From NCBI GenBank assembly GCA_030390025.1, contig CM059431.1:117120001-117184000 (forward strand): DNA of 64,000 bases, written 5' to 3'. The stretch is from Squalus acanthias. Lineage: Eukaryota. A program made the translations under genes and the position numbers. Below the pieces are notes generated by a model. The model was not told where the DNA came from, did no database searches, and was given only the letters and a program-made list of their open reading frames with translations. This document shows, in pieces, positions 1 to 12,832 of the stretch; the first letter of the stretch is position 1, and each line of letters begins with the position of its first letter.

Positions 1-918
1 CTTGATGACGTTCCTTGTGCCAGCATGGCTCTCATTATGTGAGTGATGGCCACAAGCGGTGGGGTTGTGGAGGGGGTCATCAGCCAGGTGTAGAGCAGAT
101 AGCCCTTGCCACCGAGCAGTCACCCTCGGGTTCGACATGGTGGCTGAAAGATTGCTGGTACTGGAGCAGCATGAACGCATCATGCTTGCTGTCATGATAG
201 TGGACATTCACCAGCATGATGTGCTTGGCATGGCCACACACCAACTGCACATTAAGTGGGTGGAACTCTTTACGGTTACACAACATCTCACCATTGAGAT
301 GCGGCACCTGCAAAGCCACGTGTGTGCAGTTGAATGTGCACTGCACCATGGGGAAGCCCGATATCCTGGCAAAGCCATTCCTGATTCTCTCTGTTTATAG
401 AGAAGACAATGAAGTCCCCTCTCCTAGCATACAGAGCCTCTGTGACCTCTAGGATGCAGCGATATACGGTGAACAGCAAAATGTTTGCTATGTCGCTCAT
501 TCCAGCCGGGAAGGATCTGCTGGCAAAAGAATTCAGGGCCACAATCACCTTGAGGGCCACAGGCAGCGCCCTGGTCACCCTGCTCTGAGGCTGCAGGTCT
601 GGTTCCAAGAGGTGGCAGAGTTCTCTGACCATCCACTTGGTGAAGCGGAGGCGCCGAACACATTGCTCCTGGCTTAGGTGTGGGTAGGAGAAGTGCTCCC
701 TGAAGACCCGAGGTGGGCAAGAAAATGGCACGTGTGCGTCAAATCAGCATTACACACTGACTGACGTCATGCCTACCCTGCATACTACTGGCTGTGCTCT
801 CGCTGTCACCAAGATGACGAACAGGGCGGGCCGCGTGGAAGTGGGCGGAAGCGAGGAGGACGGCATTTTTTTTTAAACGGCTAAAACTACCGGTGCTACA
901 AGGGTGAAATTCACAGCC
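1..918 (-). mobile_element. PIF/Harbinger transposon end with decayed HARBI1-like DDE transposase (runs off window start)
   Basis: ORFs 288..731 and 80..349 read RLRFTK..LPVALKV..CTHVAL..NRKEFHPLNVQLVC..HDAF and are frameshifted. The terminus GAAATTCACAGCC ends at 918. Region 730-775 matches 11371-11420 in reverse complement. Confidence 0.85.
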
Positions 919-1049
919 ATAATACATGTGGAGAATGGTATCTTTTCTCAGCCAAGTATCCAGTATCTAGAAAACGAAGCAAAGGCAACAACGCCTGTAT
1001 CCTCTAGATGGAGCTACTTGTGACTCAGATGAAGGTTGTATTCTCTGGC

Positions 1050-1852
1050 TTTTTTAAATTCGTTTATGGGATGTGGGCGTCGCTGGCAAGGCCAGCATTT
1101 ATTGCCCATCCCTAATTGCCCTTGAGAAGGTGGTGGTGAGCCTCCTTCTTGAACCGCTGCAGTCAGTGTGGTGAAGGTACTCCCACAGTGCTGTTAGGGA
1201 GGGAGTTCCAGGATTTTGACCCAACGCCAATGAAGGATCGGTGATATACTTCTAAGTCAGGATGATGTGTGACTTGGATGGGAACTTGGAGGTGGTGGTG
1301 TTCCCATGCACCTACTGCCCTTGTCCTTCTAGGTGGTAGAGGTTGCGAGTTTGGGAGGTGCTGCCGAAGAAGCCTTGGCGAGTTGCTGCAGTGCATCTTG
1401 TAGATGGTATGCACTGCAGCCATGGTACGCCGGTGGTGGAGGGATGGAATATTTAAGGTGGTGGATGGGGCGCCAATCAAGCGGGCTACTTTGTCCTGGA
1501 TGGTGTTGAGCTTCTTGAGTGTTGTTGGAGCTGCACTCATCCAGGCAAGTGGAGAGTATTCCATCACACTCCTTACTTGTGCCTTGTAGATGGTGGAAAG
1601 GCTTTGGGGAGTCAGGAGGTGAGACACTCACTGCAGAATACCTAGCCTCTGACCTGCTCTTGTTGCCACAGTATTTATGTGGCTGGTCCAGTTAAGTTTC
1701 TGGTCAATGGTGACCCCCAGGATGTTGATGGTGGGGGATTTAGCGATGGTAATGCCGCTGAATGTCAAAGGGCAGTGGTTAGACTCTTGCTTGTTGGAGA
1801 TAGTCATTGCCTGGCATTTGTGTGGCGCGGATGTTACCTGCCACTTATCAGC
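1050..1852 (-). mobile_element. CR1/L2-group LINE 3' fragment (RT C-terminus and tail)
   Basis: Peptides DKWQVTSAPHKCQAM, LGVTIDQKLNWTSHI and IYKAQVRSVMEYSPLAW. A T-run marks the tail near 1050. Confidence 0.8.
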
Positions 1853-1859
1853 AGTTGGA

Positions 1860-2970
1860 TCACGCAAAGGCTAATATGGAAACAAATGAAATGCCAACTT
1901 GTTCAAACAATAAGCAAATCAGGTTACATCTAAACTTTGGAACTACCCAAGAATGAATACTACAGACTTCACTACTCATGTTCAACAAAACAAAATTGAA
2001 GCCATTGGAGAAAAGGAAAATACGTGTTTGAAAACCCTAAGAAAAATAAGAAGTACAGTGTTATGTGTCAAATAATGCCAAGTGAATGTTGACACGTTCT
2101 AGATGCAAGAGTCATTCAACATGTGCGACTGTGTCTGTTGTTGTTGTTTCATATGATGGCAAAAGCTTATAATGGGATGTCTAGTTTGGCTATCCGTTCG
2201 ATGGCCTCCTGAGATGCGGAGTGGAGAATTGAGGTGCCTCCCACAACAGATCTTAGTGGGCAGGTTGATGTGCTGTGTTCCATGGTCTGGGACTCATGGC
2301 CACAGTCGCACTTCGGGTCGTCCCTCATCTTCCACATGTGGAGCAGGTGGCCGCCTCGTCCATGTCCGGTGCAGATTCGGTTGCGCGCTGTCCACTGTCT
2401 TCGGGGGAGCTGATGACAACATACACGTGGTCTCCCTGCGCGTGCTAGTTCACCGAGAACTTGCTAGCTAATGTCATCAAGAAGACGACCGAATGCCCGA
2501 AAGTGAACCCGGTCTGAAAAGCATAAGAGCATCGACCTGTGTCTGTGAAACATAAGAATATTTTTTTTTTAATGATAGATGTTTCAGTAAAACTTACAAA
2601 ACAAGATATAATGGCCAAGTACCAGGATGTCTTCAAAGGAAATGAGAAGCTAGAAAACCCCATGCACCTTCAAGTTAATTATATGGTCCCATCTACTCGG
2701 TTGCCCGCCAGAAAACTACCTCTACCTGCTAAAGAACTTGCCAAAGAGCACATTAATTAACTTCTTGACAGGAAAGTTCTTGCATCAGTTAGCACTCCGA
2801 CTCACTGGATCTCTTCAGTGCTGATGCTGATGAAAGAGAATGACGCAGTTTGCCTGTGAATCAATCCAAAATCAGTGAATAAAACCCTCAAATATAATCA
2901 CTACCCACTTTGAACCATCAACTGTGTTCTACCTGAACTAGTGAAAGCAGAACTATTGACTGTTGTTGAA
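1860..2970 (+). pseudogene. Decayed Ty3/Gypsy pol remnant (protease-RT junction and RT N-terminus)
   Basis: From about 2610 the frame reads YQDVFKG..LPARKLPLP..STPTHWISS..KTLKYNHYPL..VLPEL with several stops. The left boundary is approximate. Confidence 0.55.
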
Positions 2971-2979
2971 TGGAACTAT

Positions 2980-3960
2980 TCACTGTTGATAACACTCAAG
3001 GTATCTGACTAGTGCACTTTTTATGGTCATGACCTCCTCTGATTTGTATTCAACTGATTTGGTTATATAGTATAACATTTTATTGGTGCAGAAATTCCGA
3101 TCCCTACGGGTGTGTACGCGCTGTATACTGACCCATAGGGACATCGGAAATGCCGGTTTCAGCCATGCACTGCACATGCGCTGGAAACCGGCATTTCTGA
3201 TCTGTCAAGAAAGCTCTTGACAGATCCTCCGGCTGCCCGAGAGAAGGGCCTCTGCGGGCGGAGAGTTCTGCTTTTTGGAGACCCTCCACCCGCAGAAAAC
3301 ACTTACAATTCTTGTGCCTGGTAAAAGCAAGCGTAAGGCCGGGTTTTACCAGGATAAGAGTTGAAAAAAGTTTTTTTTTAAATTTCCACTGATTTATCAT
3401 TTAAAAATACTTTAAAGAAAGGTAAGTTTATTTTTAGCCCCGTTAAAAACTTTAATTATTTTTTTCAAAAAAGAAAATTTTTGTTTAAAATCCTTAATTT
3501 ATTGTAATTTAAAGTCATTTTAAAAATGTGATTTAAAAAAAATATTTAAAGTTTTACTATGTTTTGGGGGTGATCTCCATTCATATATTTGACAGGCCTT
3601 CCTGTCAAATGTATGAAGGGAGATTCCCTTCTCTGATTGGCTCCCCATGGCCCACGTGATCCCAAGGACGCTGTGAACTGCCTGCTCCTCTGGGATACGT
3701 GGGCCCTGCGCACCGGCAGTTTGGAGAGGCCCAGCAGCGGAACTCTGCGTCTCCCGGGAGTCCTCCGGTCTTGGCGCAGATTTTTCCAGATCGCAGCCCT
3801 CCGCCCACGGGAGGCCTGCGATCGGAATATCTGGGCCATTGGCTTTGTTGATTCCTACTCCACATTGGCTGAACATATTGATCATTGGGTATAATAAGAC
3901 CCCTAGGTCTCTCTCAACTTTATCCTTTGCTATTTGAACACCATTCATGTGTTACGTGTG
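2980..3960 (-). mobile_element. Old CR1 RT fragment split by a MITE
   Basis: ERDLGVLL..SQC..INKAN (3838-3948) continues as NKMLYYITKSVEYKSEEVM (2980-3084) on the other side of the insertion. Confidence 0.75.
3085..3837 (+). mobile_element. Harbinger-type non-autonomous element, family A
   Basis: TIRs GGTGCAGAAATTCCGATC / GATCGGAATATCTGGGCC with 3-bp TSD ATT. Homologous to 14174-14915 and 27629-28392. Confidence 0.85.
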
Positions 3961-4918
3961 TCACCTATTTTTCTTTCTAATTTTCATATCGGTTCCAAAA
4001 ATCAACTGTTCTGGGATGCTCCCATTTGGAACTTCAGCGTTTAATCCACCGGAACGGCCAGAAACTAGGCCAGCTGAAGTCTTTGTTGGTTTTTAACTGT
4101 CTAAATTTAATAACAAGTGCAATAGTTATAAGGGGATTGGCATAGGAAATTGAAAATCTCAAGGGAGGAGAAGAGAATGTTTTCCTGAAGATGGGATTAA
4201 GACAGATTGTTGAGGCAGAGCATAGGGTCCTTTACTTTGAATCTGATCCTATTATGTGTGACCTTGGAATGCCTGTTGCAGGCAATTGATGCCAGAAAAA
4301 AAAATGTTCCATTTCTCTGTACTGTTTTCTCTCACCTTGACTAAAACAGTAAATTCAGAAAATAAAATGAAGGGGCCAGAATATGCAGCAAAGTTGCACG
4401 AATACCAACCATTCTGGCATGCAATAGTGGGTTATTAGTTTGTACCTGTGATTTCCTGCACAGTTCTGACTTGTCCATTTCAGAGAAAGAGCTGAGCGAA
4501 GGCCAGCATTTTTCTAGTTAGAAAGCAGAATTGGAGAGTGCCAGAGATCAATATTAGCTGCTTGAATTGCATTGATTGCCATAATGATTATTTTACACAA
4601 CATATATCAGAAGGAGAGAGATCCGGCTCTAATTTGAGCAAGGCAGTTAAGGAGAAGGAATCTTTTAAAAATTATTCTTTGTGCTTTAGCAGAACGTTGA
4701 GCCTCCTTAGTGAAAATAGTTCTGTTATTTGACTACACAACATTGTTTAGCATTGGAGATGTGCCGATATAATCCCCTCTTCATAATATTTTCTTCAATT
4801 CATTTTTCTTCTTTTTACTTGGTTCTTAGTCTTGCCGGAAGATTCATGAAGAGTGAATGAGTGGCAACTTGCTTCCAGGCCTTCATCGATGCTGCCTTGA
4901 ACCGGTCGATAGATAATG

Positions 4919-5023
4919 CTACAGATAAGCCCAGTGATAGCTCTGCCACTGATTTCTCCAGTAACCACTTTGTGGTTGGAACATAAGCAAATTACATGAG
5001 AGACCCGGCAGTTTACTGAAGCA
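4919..5023 (-). other. Candidate terminal coding exon of an unidentified gene
   Basis: Acceptor CTTTTCTTTATTGTAG, then a phase-0 reading CFSKLPGLSCNLLMFQPQSGYWRNQWQSYHWAYL*. Confidence 0.3.
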
Positions 5024-5271
5024 CTACAATAAAGAAAAGTAGTGGAAAGATTCTGTTCTTTTTATCTGGTTCACTTCAAATAAGATGCACCGTACACATA
5101 ACGGACTGAATATTGGGCTGGCTGCATTCTTTTCCTCTGCACTCCAGCTGGGCATTGCTTTAAACACAAGTGTTAGAGAGGAAAATCTGCATCATGTCCC
5201 GTAATACACTAATAGTATTAATAGTATTTTAACCTCAGTTTGCATTTGGCACGATTTAAATGCAGCGCAAA

Positions 5272-8200
5272 TGTAAAGTTTCCAAAATTTGCAGATCCCC
5301 AAAAATCTAAGCAAAAGGGACTTTGGAACTACCTCAGAGTGATAAAAATGCATTTGGGCCTAACATAAGAAATTTAAGACCAAAACCAAGCTTTGGCATT
5401 TTAAAAGGACATATCTGAAATTCAAGCCCCAGCAAACATTAACATTTAGACAATAGGCCCTGGGAGAAGGCCGCCCCACCAAAACACAGGAACCAGTAAA
5501 ACCTATCACAGAACCCATTAAAGAGACGCATAAAGATAGGAGTGCTAGGCCCAGCAAGAAACCCAAAACATGAGGACAATGCAAACTCCGATTAAACAAC
5601 AGATCAACAGGACGCAAGCCATTTGACACTCAGTAAAATCATTACTGTTGACGAGGTCTTACAATGACCAGGATTTGATTTGGTTCTGACAAGGCCACTT
5701 CAATTTAGCATAATTGAAGGCCCATCAAGCAGTTACAACAGTTCAGTAAGAAGAGAGTTCAGGACAATTTAACACCAAGTTAAACCCATCAAAACTTAAC
5801 AAGCCCGCAAAACCAAGACAATGGAATGAACAGGCCTCAACTGAAACCTCAGAAACATGGCTGCAGGGTGACAATGCCTGGGAATTAAACATACCAGGTT
5901 ATTTAACGATCAGGAAGGACAGGCAGGAAGGAAGGGGAGGTGGGGTGGCTATGTTAATAAAGGAAGGAATCACTGTAATACAGAGTAATGATATTGGGTC
6001 AAAAAATCATGATAATGAAACAGTTTTAGTGGAGATAAGGAATAATAAGGGGGAAAAAACACTAGTGGGCGTAGTCTATAGGCCTCCGAACAGTTGCAAC
6101 TCTGTTGGACGGAGTATCAATCAGGAAATAGTTGAGGCATGTAATAAGGGAACATCTATAATTATGGGGGATTTTAACTATCATATTAATTGGACAAATC
6201 AAATGGGGCAGGGCTGCCTTGAGGATGAGTTCATTGAGTGTATTAGGGATGGGTTTCTTGAGCAGTATGTAACTGAACCGACCAGGGGGCAAGCAACCTT
6301 AGATCTGGTCCTGTGTAACGAGACAGGATTAATTAAAAATGTCCTAGTAAAGGATCCCCTTGGAATGAGTGACCATAACATGGTTGAATTCCATATTCAA
6401 TTAGAGGGTGAGAAGGTTGGATCTCAAACAAGCGTGCTAAGCTTGAATAAAGGAGACTATGAAGGTATGCGAGCGGAATTGAGTAGAGTGGATTGGGAAA
6501 ATAGATTAAAGGGTAAGACGACACATGATCAGTGGTGTACATTCAAGGAGTTATTTTACAACTTCCAAAAAATATATATTCCACTGAAAAGAAAAGGGTG
6601 TAAAAGAAAGGACAGTCATCCGTGGCTAAGTAAAGAAATTAAGGATAGTATTCGACTAAAAACAAGGGCATATAAGGTAGCGAAATCTAGTGGGAGGACA
6701 GAGGATTGGGAAAAATTTAAAAGGCAGCAAAAAATAACAAAAAGATTGATTAAGAAAGGGAAGATAGATTATGAAAGTAAATTAGCAAAAAATATAAAAA
6801 CAGATAGTAAGAGTTTTTATAGTTATATAAAAAGAAAAAGGGTGGCTAAAGTAAATGTTGGTCCCTTAGAGGATGAGACCGGGAAATTAATGGTGGGAAA
6901 TATGGAGATGGCAAAAACACTGAATGAATAATTTGTATCAGTCTTTACAGTAGAGGACACTAAGAATATCCCAACACTGGACAAACAGGGGGCTATAGGG
7001 GGAGAGGAGCTAAACACAATCAAAATCACTAAGGAAGTGGTACTCGGTAGAATAATGGGACTCAAGGCGGATAAATCACCTGGACCTGATGGCTTACATC
7101 CTAGAGTCTTGAAGGAAGTGGCGGTAGGGATTGTAGATGCATTGGTAATAATTTTTCAAAACTCCCTGGATTCCGCTAAGGTCCCGGCAGACTGGAAAAC
7201 TGCTAATGTAACACCCTTATTTAAAAAGGGCAGTAGACAGAAGGCTGGTAACTATAGACCGGTTAGCCTAACATCTGTGGTAGGTGAAATTTTGGAGTCC
7301 ATTATTAAGGAAACAGTAACAGGACATTTGGATAATCATAATTTAATAGGACAAAGTCAGCATGGTTTTACGAAGGGGAAGTCATGTTTGACAAATTTGC
7401 TGGAGTTCTTTGAGGAAGTAACATATAGAGTGGATAAAGGGGAACCAGTGGACGTAGTGTATTTAGACTTCCAAAAGGCATTTGACAAGGTGCCACACAA
7501 AAGATTATTGCTTAAGGTAAAAAATCACGGGATTGGGGGTAATATTCTGGCATGGATAGAGGATTGGCTATCTAACAGAAAGCAAAGAGTTGGGATAAAT
7601 GGTTCATTCTCAGACTGGCAATCAGTAACTAGTGGTGTTCCACAGGGGTCAGTGCTGGGTCCCCAACTCTTTACAATCTATATTAACGATTTGGAGGAAG
7701 GGACCAAGCGTAACATATCAAAATTTGCAGATGATACAAAGATGGGAGGGAAAGTAGTGAGTGAGGAGGACATAAAAAACCTGCAAGGGGACATAGACAG
7801 GCTAAGTAAGTGGGCAGAGATTTGGCAGATGGAATACAACACTGGAAAGTGTGAGGTGATGCACTTTGGCAGGAAAAATCCTAGAGCAATTTATTATCTT
7901 AATGGCAAGAAACTGGAAAGTACTGAAGTGCAAAGGGATCTGGGGGTCCTGGTGCACGAAACTCAAAAGGTTAGTATGCAGGTGCAGCAAGTGATTAAGA
8001 AGGCAAATGGAATGTTGGCTTTCATTGCTAGGGGGATAGAATATAAAAATAGGGAGGTATTGCTTCAGTTGTACAAGGTATTGGTGAGACCGCACCTGGA
8101 ATACTGCATACAGTTTTGGTGTCCTTACTTAAGGAAAGACATCCTTGCTCTCGAGGCAGTGCAAAAAAGGTTCACTCGGTTAATCCCGGGGATGAGGGGG

Positions 8201-9364
8201 TGGTCATATGAGGAGAGGTTGGGTAGATTGGGACTCTACTCATTGGAGTTCAGAAGAATGAGAGGCGATCTTATTGAAACATATAAGATTGTGAAGGGGT
8301 TGGATCGGGTGGATGCGGGGAGGATGTTCCCGATGACGGGTGAGACTAGAACTAGGGGACATAGTCTTAGAATAAGGGGCTGTTCTTTCAAAACTGAGAT
8401 GAGGAGGAACTACTTCACTCAGAGGGTGGTAGGTCCATGGAATATGCTGCCACAAAAAGCTGTAGAAGCTACATCATTAAATAAATTTAAAACAGAAATA
8501 GACAGTTTCCTAGAAGTAAAGGGCATTAAGGGTTACGGGGAGCGGGCAGGAATTTGGACATGAGTCTAGGTTCGGATCCGGTCATGGCCCTGTGGGTAGT
8601 GGAGCGGGCCCAGGGACCGTGTAGCCTGATTCTGCTCCTATTTCGTGTGTGCAATTCTGTTAGATGCAGGAGATGGTTCTGTGATAGATAGTAGATTGGC
8701 GGTTAGGATCAGATCAGCCATGATCTTATTGAATGGCGGAGCAGGCTCGATGGGCCGATTGGCCTACTCCTGCTCCTATTTCTTATGTTCTTATGTTCTT
8801 ATTAACACAAAAACATTTTAGTAAGGGGTTTTGGGCGCGAAAAGGACAAAGGGGCTAAACAAGTATAATTGGGGGCCTAAGCCCCCAAGACTCTCTCTCT
8901 CTCTGGACTCTCTGACAGCGCTCACACAGCTCTCTCTCGGCTCTGTTCCAGAAGCAGCACGTTCCAGCAAGACACTCGACGACCAGACCACCATCGCAAT
9001 CAACTTACCTGGCTGGATTTCGCACTGTTAAAACCTCTGTTTGGTGAGCATTATCCCTGATCTCCTGAAACCAAAACCTAGCTAGATAGTGGGATTTTTG
9101 GGAGGGATAAGGGTTTTTGTATATTGTCATTCTCCCTCGCCTGTACCGTGTGTTCCCCAACCTGTTTAAGTGTTAAGTGTGTTTTAAGTTTGTTACCTTT
9201 TTCTTTTAATAAAAGTCAAAATTCTTTCATTGGAACCTGTTGTCTACTGCATCTTTATTCACAACCCCTAAATAAGTCCAAGGTCTGAACCAGGGGCGTG
9301 GGAGCGATTCGAACCGCTCACTGAGTCAGGGGTAAGGCTGACCCCTACCACACCACCCCCTACA
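5272..9364 (+). mobile_element. Solo LTR (about 1.14 kb) interrupted by a CR1
   Basis: TGTA...TACA ends, 4-bp TSD CAAA, TATA-like GTATAA near 8863 and AATAAA near 9208. Confidence 0.8.
5850..8802 (+). mobile_element. 5'-truncated young CR1 LINE (ORF2 APE+RT with one premature stop at 6929-6931)
   Basis: ORFs 5945..6931 and 7037..8563 are nearly identical to 40493..43444. FADD motif and (TTCTTATG)n tail. Confidence 0.95.
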
Positions 9365-9721
9365 CAAACTGAATGTAATCAAATTAATTGCATGGAGCTA
9401 TAAACAGGAAATTCTGAGGATAGGGCCTATAGAATAAGATGCTGAAAGAAGAACATTGCAGAAGACAATAACAACTCTAGCATTAATATAATTTGACCCT
9501 CAATTTTGAGGAAGGGTCGATTTAATGAATGCCAACTAGAATTCCTCTTTATTGATGTAATGCTTAGGAGGTATCTGGAAGGTGTTGTAAACATGAAAGG
9601 TCAATACATTGGTCACCTTCATTTGTATGGCCTGGGCATAACTAATATGAACCTCACATTCTAAATGATCTTTTTGAAACCTAGAGTCAGCAGTTATTTC
9701 ATTGTGCGAGACATTGCTTAC

Positions 9722-9886
9722 CCCACTGCAGAATGGGGTAAAGTCTGTTGCACAAATCTTAACCTTTAAACCTGTTTTATGTGAACAAGAGCAGCCTCCT
9801 CTGGAATGCGTAACTTGCATAGCTACAAACTGCATTGACACAAGATCCATTTCAACAGTACAACTTGTGTCGATAATAAAATCCAC
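9722..9886 (-). other. Candidate internal coding exon (165 nt, phase 0-0)
   Basis: Acceptor CACTAAACTTTAACAG| and donor GGG|GTAAGC. Only one open frame: VDFIIDTSC...DFTPFCSG. Confidence 0.45.
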
Positions 9887-11701
9887 CTGTTAAAGTTTAG
9901 TGTCTAACAGCTCTAATCCACAGAGATGGTTATAAAAGTTAGAGAGAATCAGACTTATCAGTTTCAGCTGCAGTATAAATATATTGGTCAGATGTTGGAT
10001 GATTTGTGACACATGGATGCCTTCGCATCTGTTGACTGGTTTCCAAAGTTATTATTCTTCTGCTAACGTTTGAATAGGAAGCTTGAATCAATTTTCAAAT
10101 GTCTGTAGAATGTGCTTGACTTCAATGGAAAAGAAAATTGGGAGAGATGTGTAACGAGCGGCTGAATTGATATTGCACGGTTTACATTATCACCCAAAGA
10201 CTAAATTACCCCCAGGTGGGAATGATCAAAATCTACCCCAATGTTCAAACCTGAAGGTTAATCCATTTCAGTCCTGGATTACAAACATCTATATAACACA
10301 TTTGCACACATCCTATAAAGACATTTCAGATAGAAAGGTGGGGGGAGATAATTGATAAACAAATCAAATGTAGAGAGGATAAAATACTTGGTATGGATGG
10401 ATTGCATCCGCGCATATTAAAAAAAGTTAGGGAAGAGATAGCAGAGGCACTATTACATATATATTAAACAAGTCATTAGAAAACGGAATAGTATCAGACA
10501 GCTAATGTGATTCCTTTATTTAAAAAGGGAGATAGAACAAGTCCAGGGAATAATAGACCAATTAGCTTAATGTTAGTGGTAGGAAAGATAAAGGAATCCT
10601 TACTCAAAAGACGTAACAGAAAAACATCTAGAAGCTGAAATATAATAAAGAGTAGTCAGCACGTATTTCTAAAGGGAAGATCATGCTTGAGCAACCTTAT
10701 TGAATTCTTTGAAGAAGTAACAGAAAGGGTAGACACGGGTAATATAGTAGATGTAATATATTTAGATTTCCAACAGGCCTTCGACAAGATACCCCATAGT
10801 AGACTCATGACTAAGGTCAGAACATGTTGAGTCAGGAGACAAGTAGCAGATTGGATAGAAAGCTAGCTACAAAACAGAAAACAGGGAGTAGGGGGTTAAA
10901 GGTAATTATTCAGACTGGTAAAAGGTGGGAAGTGGTGTTCCACAAGGATTGGTGCTGGAATCACTGCTGTTCACCATTTACATAAATGAATTGGACTTGT
11001 GAATTGGAAGTACAATTTCAACATTTGCGGACAACACCAACTTAAGGGGTATAGTTAATACAGAGGCGGACCATGACAAAATAAAGGAAGACATTAATAA
11101 ACTTGCAGAATGGGCATGTAATTGGCAAATTAACTTCAATATAGATAAGTGTGAGGTGGTACATTTTGGTAGGAAGAATAAAGAGACTGCATACTCCTTG
11201 GAAAATAAGGTCACAAGATTCGGAGGTTTAGTGCCGGCCGTTAAGGTCGGTTTTGCTGAAAAAATGCCGGCTGCCTCACTTCCGGCGGGTCCCACGGCAG
11301 CCGCCATTTTGAGGAGGTCAGTAGCGCTGCCGTTGCCTGCGCTCCCTCCAGATATTTAGATGAGGTAGATCATGACGTCAGTGAGTGTGCAACGCTGATT
11401 TGATACACGATCTGCCATTTTCAACATCGCCATTTCATTTAACACCCTCTCCTAATCACAACCAGCTGACCATGCGTTCAGTGGCAGAAAGGATCTCCCA
11501 GCAGCACTATTTAAAGGAATCATCAACAACTTGCAGCTGACTAGCTTTTTGATTTCTTCCGGCTCTTTCTAAGTTTGTGCAGCTGTTTGGAGCTTTCTAT
11601 AGTTATTTAAAGTTGCTGAGGTAACAGGGAGTGTTGCTACAAGTGGAGAATGCCTTTGTTTCTCATATAAAGGGTTCTGCTCAGACTACTTGCTCACAGC
11701 C

Positions 11702-12832
11702 ATGGGGGCGCTACTTGCAGTCCCCCTCACGCTCGAGTGTGACAGGGAGATGGAGCGGAGGCAGCGAAGAAGAGGATAAGATGCTTGCAGAGGGAAGAGG
11801 AGAAGGGGCAGGAGGGCTCTCAGCAGGAGGCCTTACCCACCTAGGATCTTCAGGGAGCATTTCTCCAACTTACACCTTAGCCAGGAGCAGTGTATTAGGA
11901 GGCTCTGCTTCACCAAGGAGGTGGTCACAGAGCTCTGCCACATCCAGCCTCAGAGCAGGGTGATGACAGCTCTCCCAGTGGTTCTCAAGGACACCTTGGC
12001 AATCAATTTTTTCACCAACGGCTCCTTCCAGTCTGGAGCAGTCTCCCAGTTTGCCATCCATCGCTGCATTCAGGAGGTCAAAGAGGCTCTCTACTCCAGG
12101 AGAAGGGACTTCATTGTCTTCTCTCTGAACAGAGAGAAGCAGGACGAGCGCGCACGTGGTTTTGCCAGGATAGCAGGCTTCCCCATGGTGCAGGGTGCCA
12201 TCGAATGCACACACGTGGCTATGCGAGCACCGTATATCAATCCTGATATGTTCCATAACCTCAAAGGTTACCATTCACTTAATGTGCAGTTGTTGTGCGA
12301 CCATGATGGTGAAAGCCCGCTATCCTGGCAGTCATGATGCATTCATACTGCACCTGTCTGGTCTGCCAGCAATCTTCCAGCCACCATGTCAAAGCCGAGA
12401 GTGCTTGGAGACACGGTTTGCCACTCTGCACCTGGCTGATGACTCCACTCCGTAACCCCACCATTCGTGGCCAGTACTCGTGTAATGACAGGCATGCTGC
12501 CACGAGGAACATCATCGAGCAGATCATCAGGGTGCTAAAGCAACGGTTCCGCTGCCTTGACCGCTCGGAAGGAGTCCTCCAGTACACGCTGGAGTGGGTG
12601 TCACATTTCGTGGTGGTCTGCTACATGATCCACAACTTAGCCATCATGAATTGGCAGAACTAGCCACAATGGGTTCCGGGACCACCTCAGGAGGAGGAGG
12701 TGGAAGAGGAAGAAGTTGAGGAAGTGTTAGAAGAGGAAGAGGAGGAGATGAAGGAAGGGAGGAGGAGGCAGGTAGCACACCCTGTCCCTGAAGGGCTGTC
12801 CGTGAGCACCTCATCAGACTTTGGTTCCAATG
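11702..12832 (+). pseudogene. Harbinger DDE transposase (HARBI1-like), frameshifted
   Basis: FARIAGFPMVQGAIECTHV..KGYHSLNVQ, ARYPGSHDAFIL and HAATRNIIEQIIRVLKQRFRCLD, followed by an acidic tail and AATAAA. Confidence 0.9.

Noticed and set aside
6062..8455. Many short antisense ORFs here and at 40943-43336 and 49670-51970
   Set aside because: These are shadow frames of CR1 ORF2.
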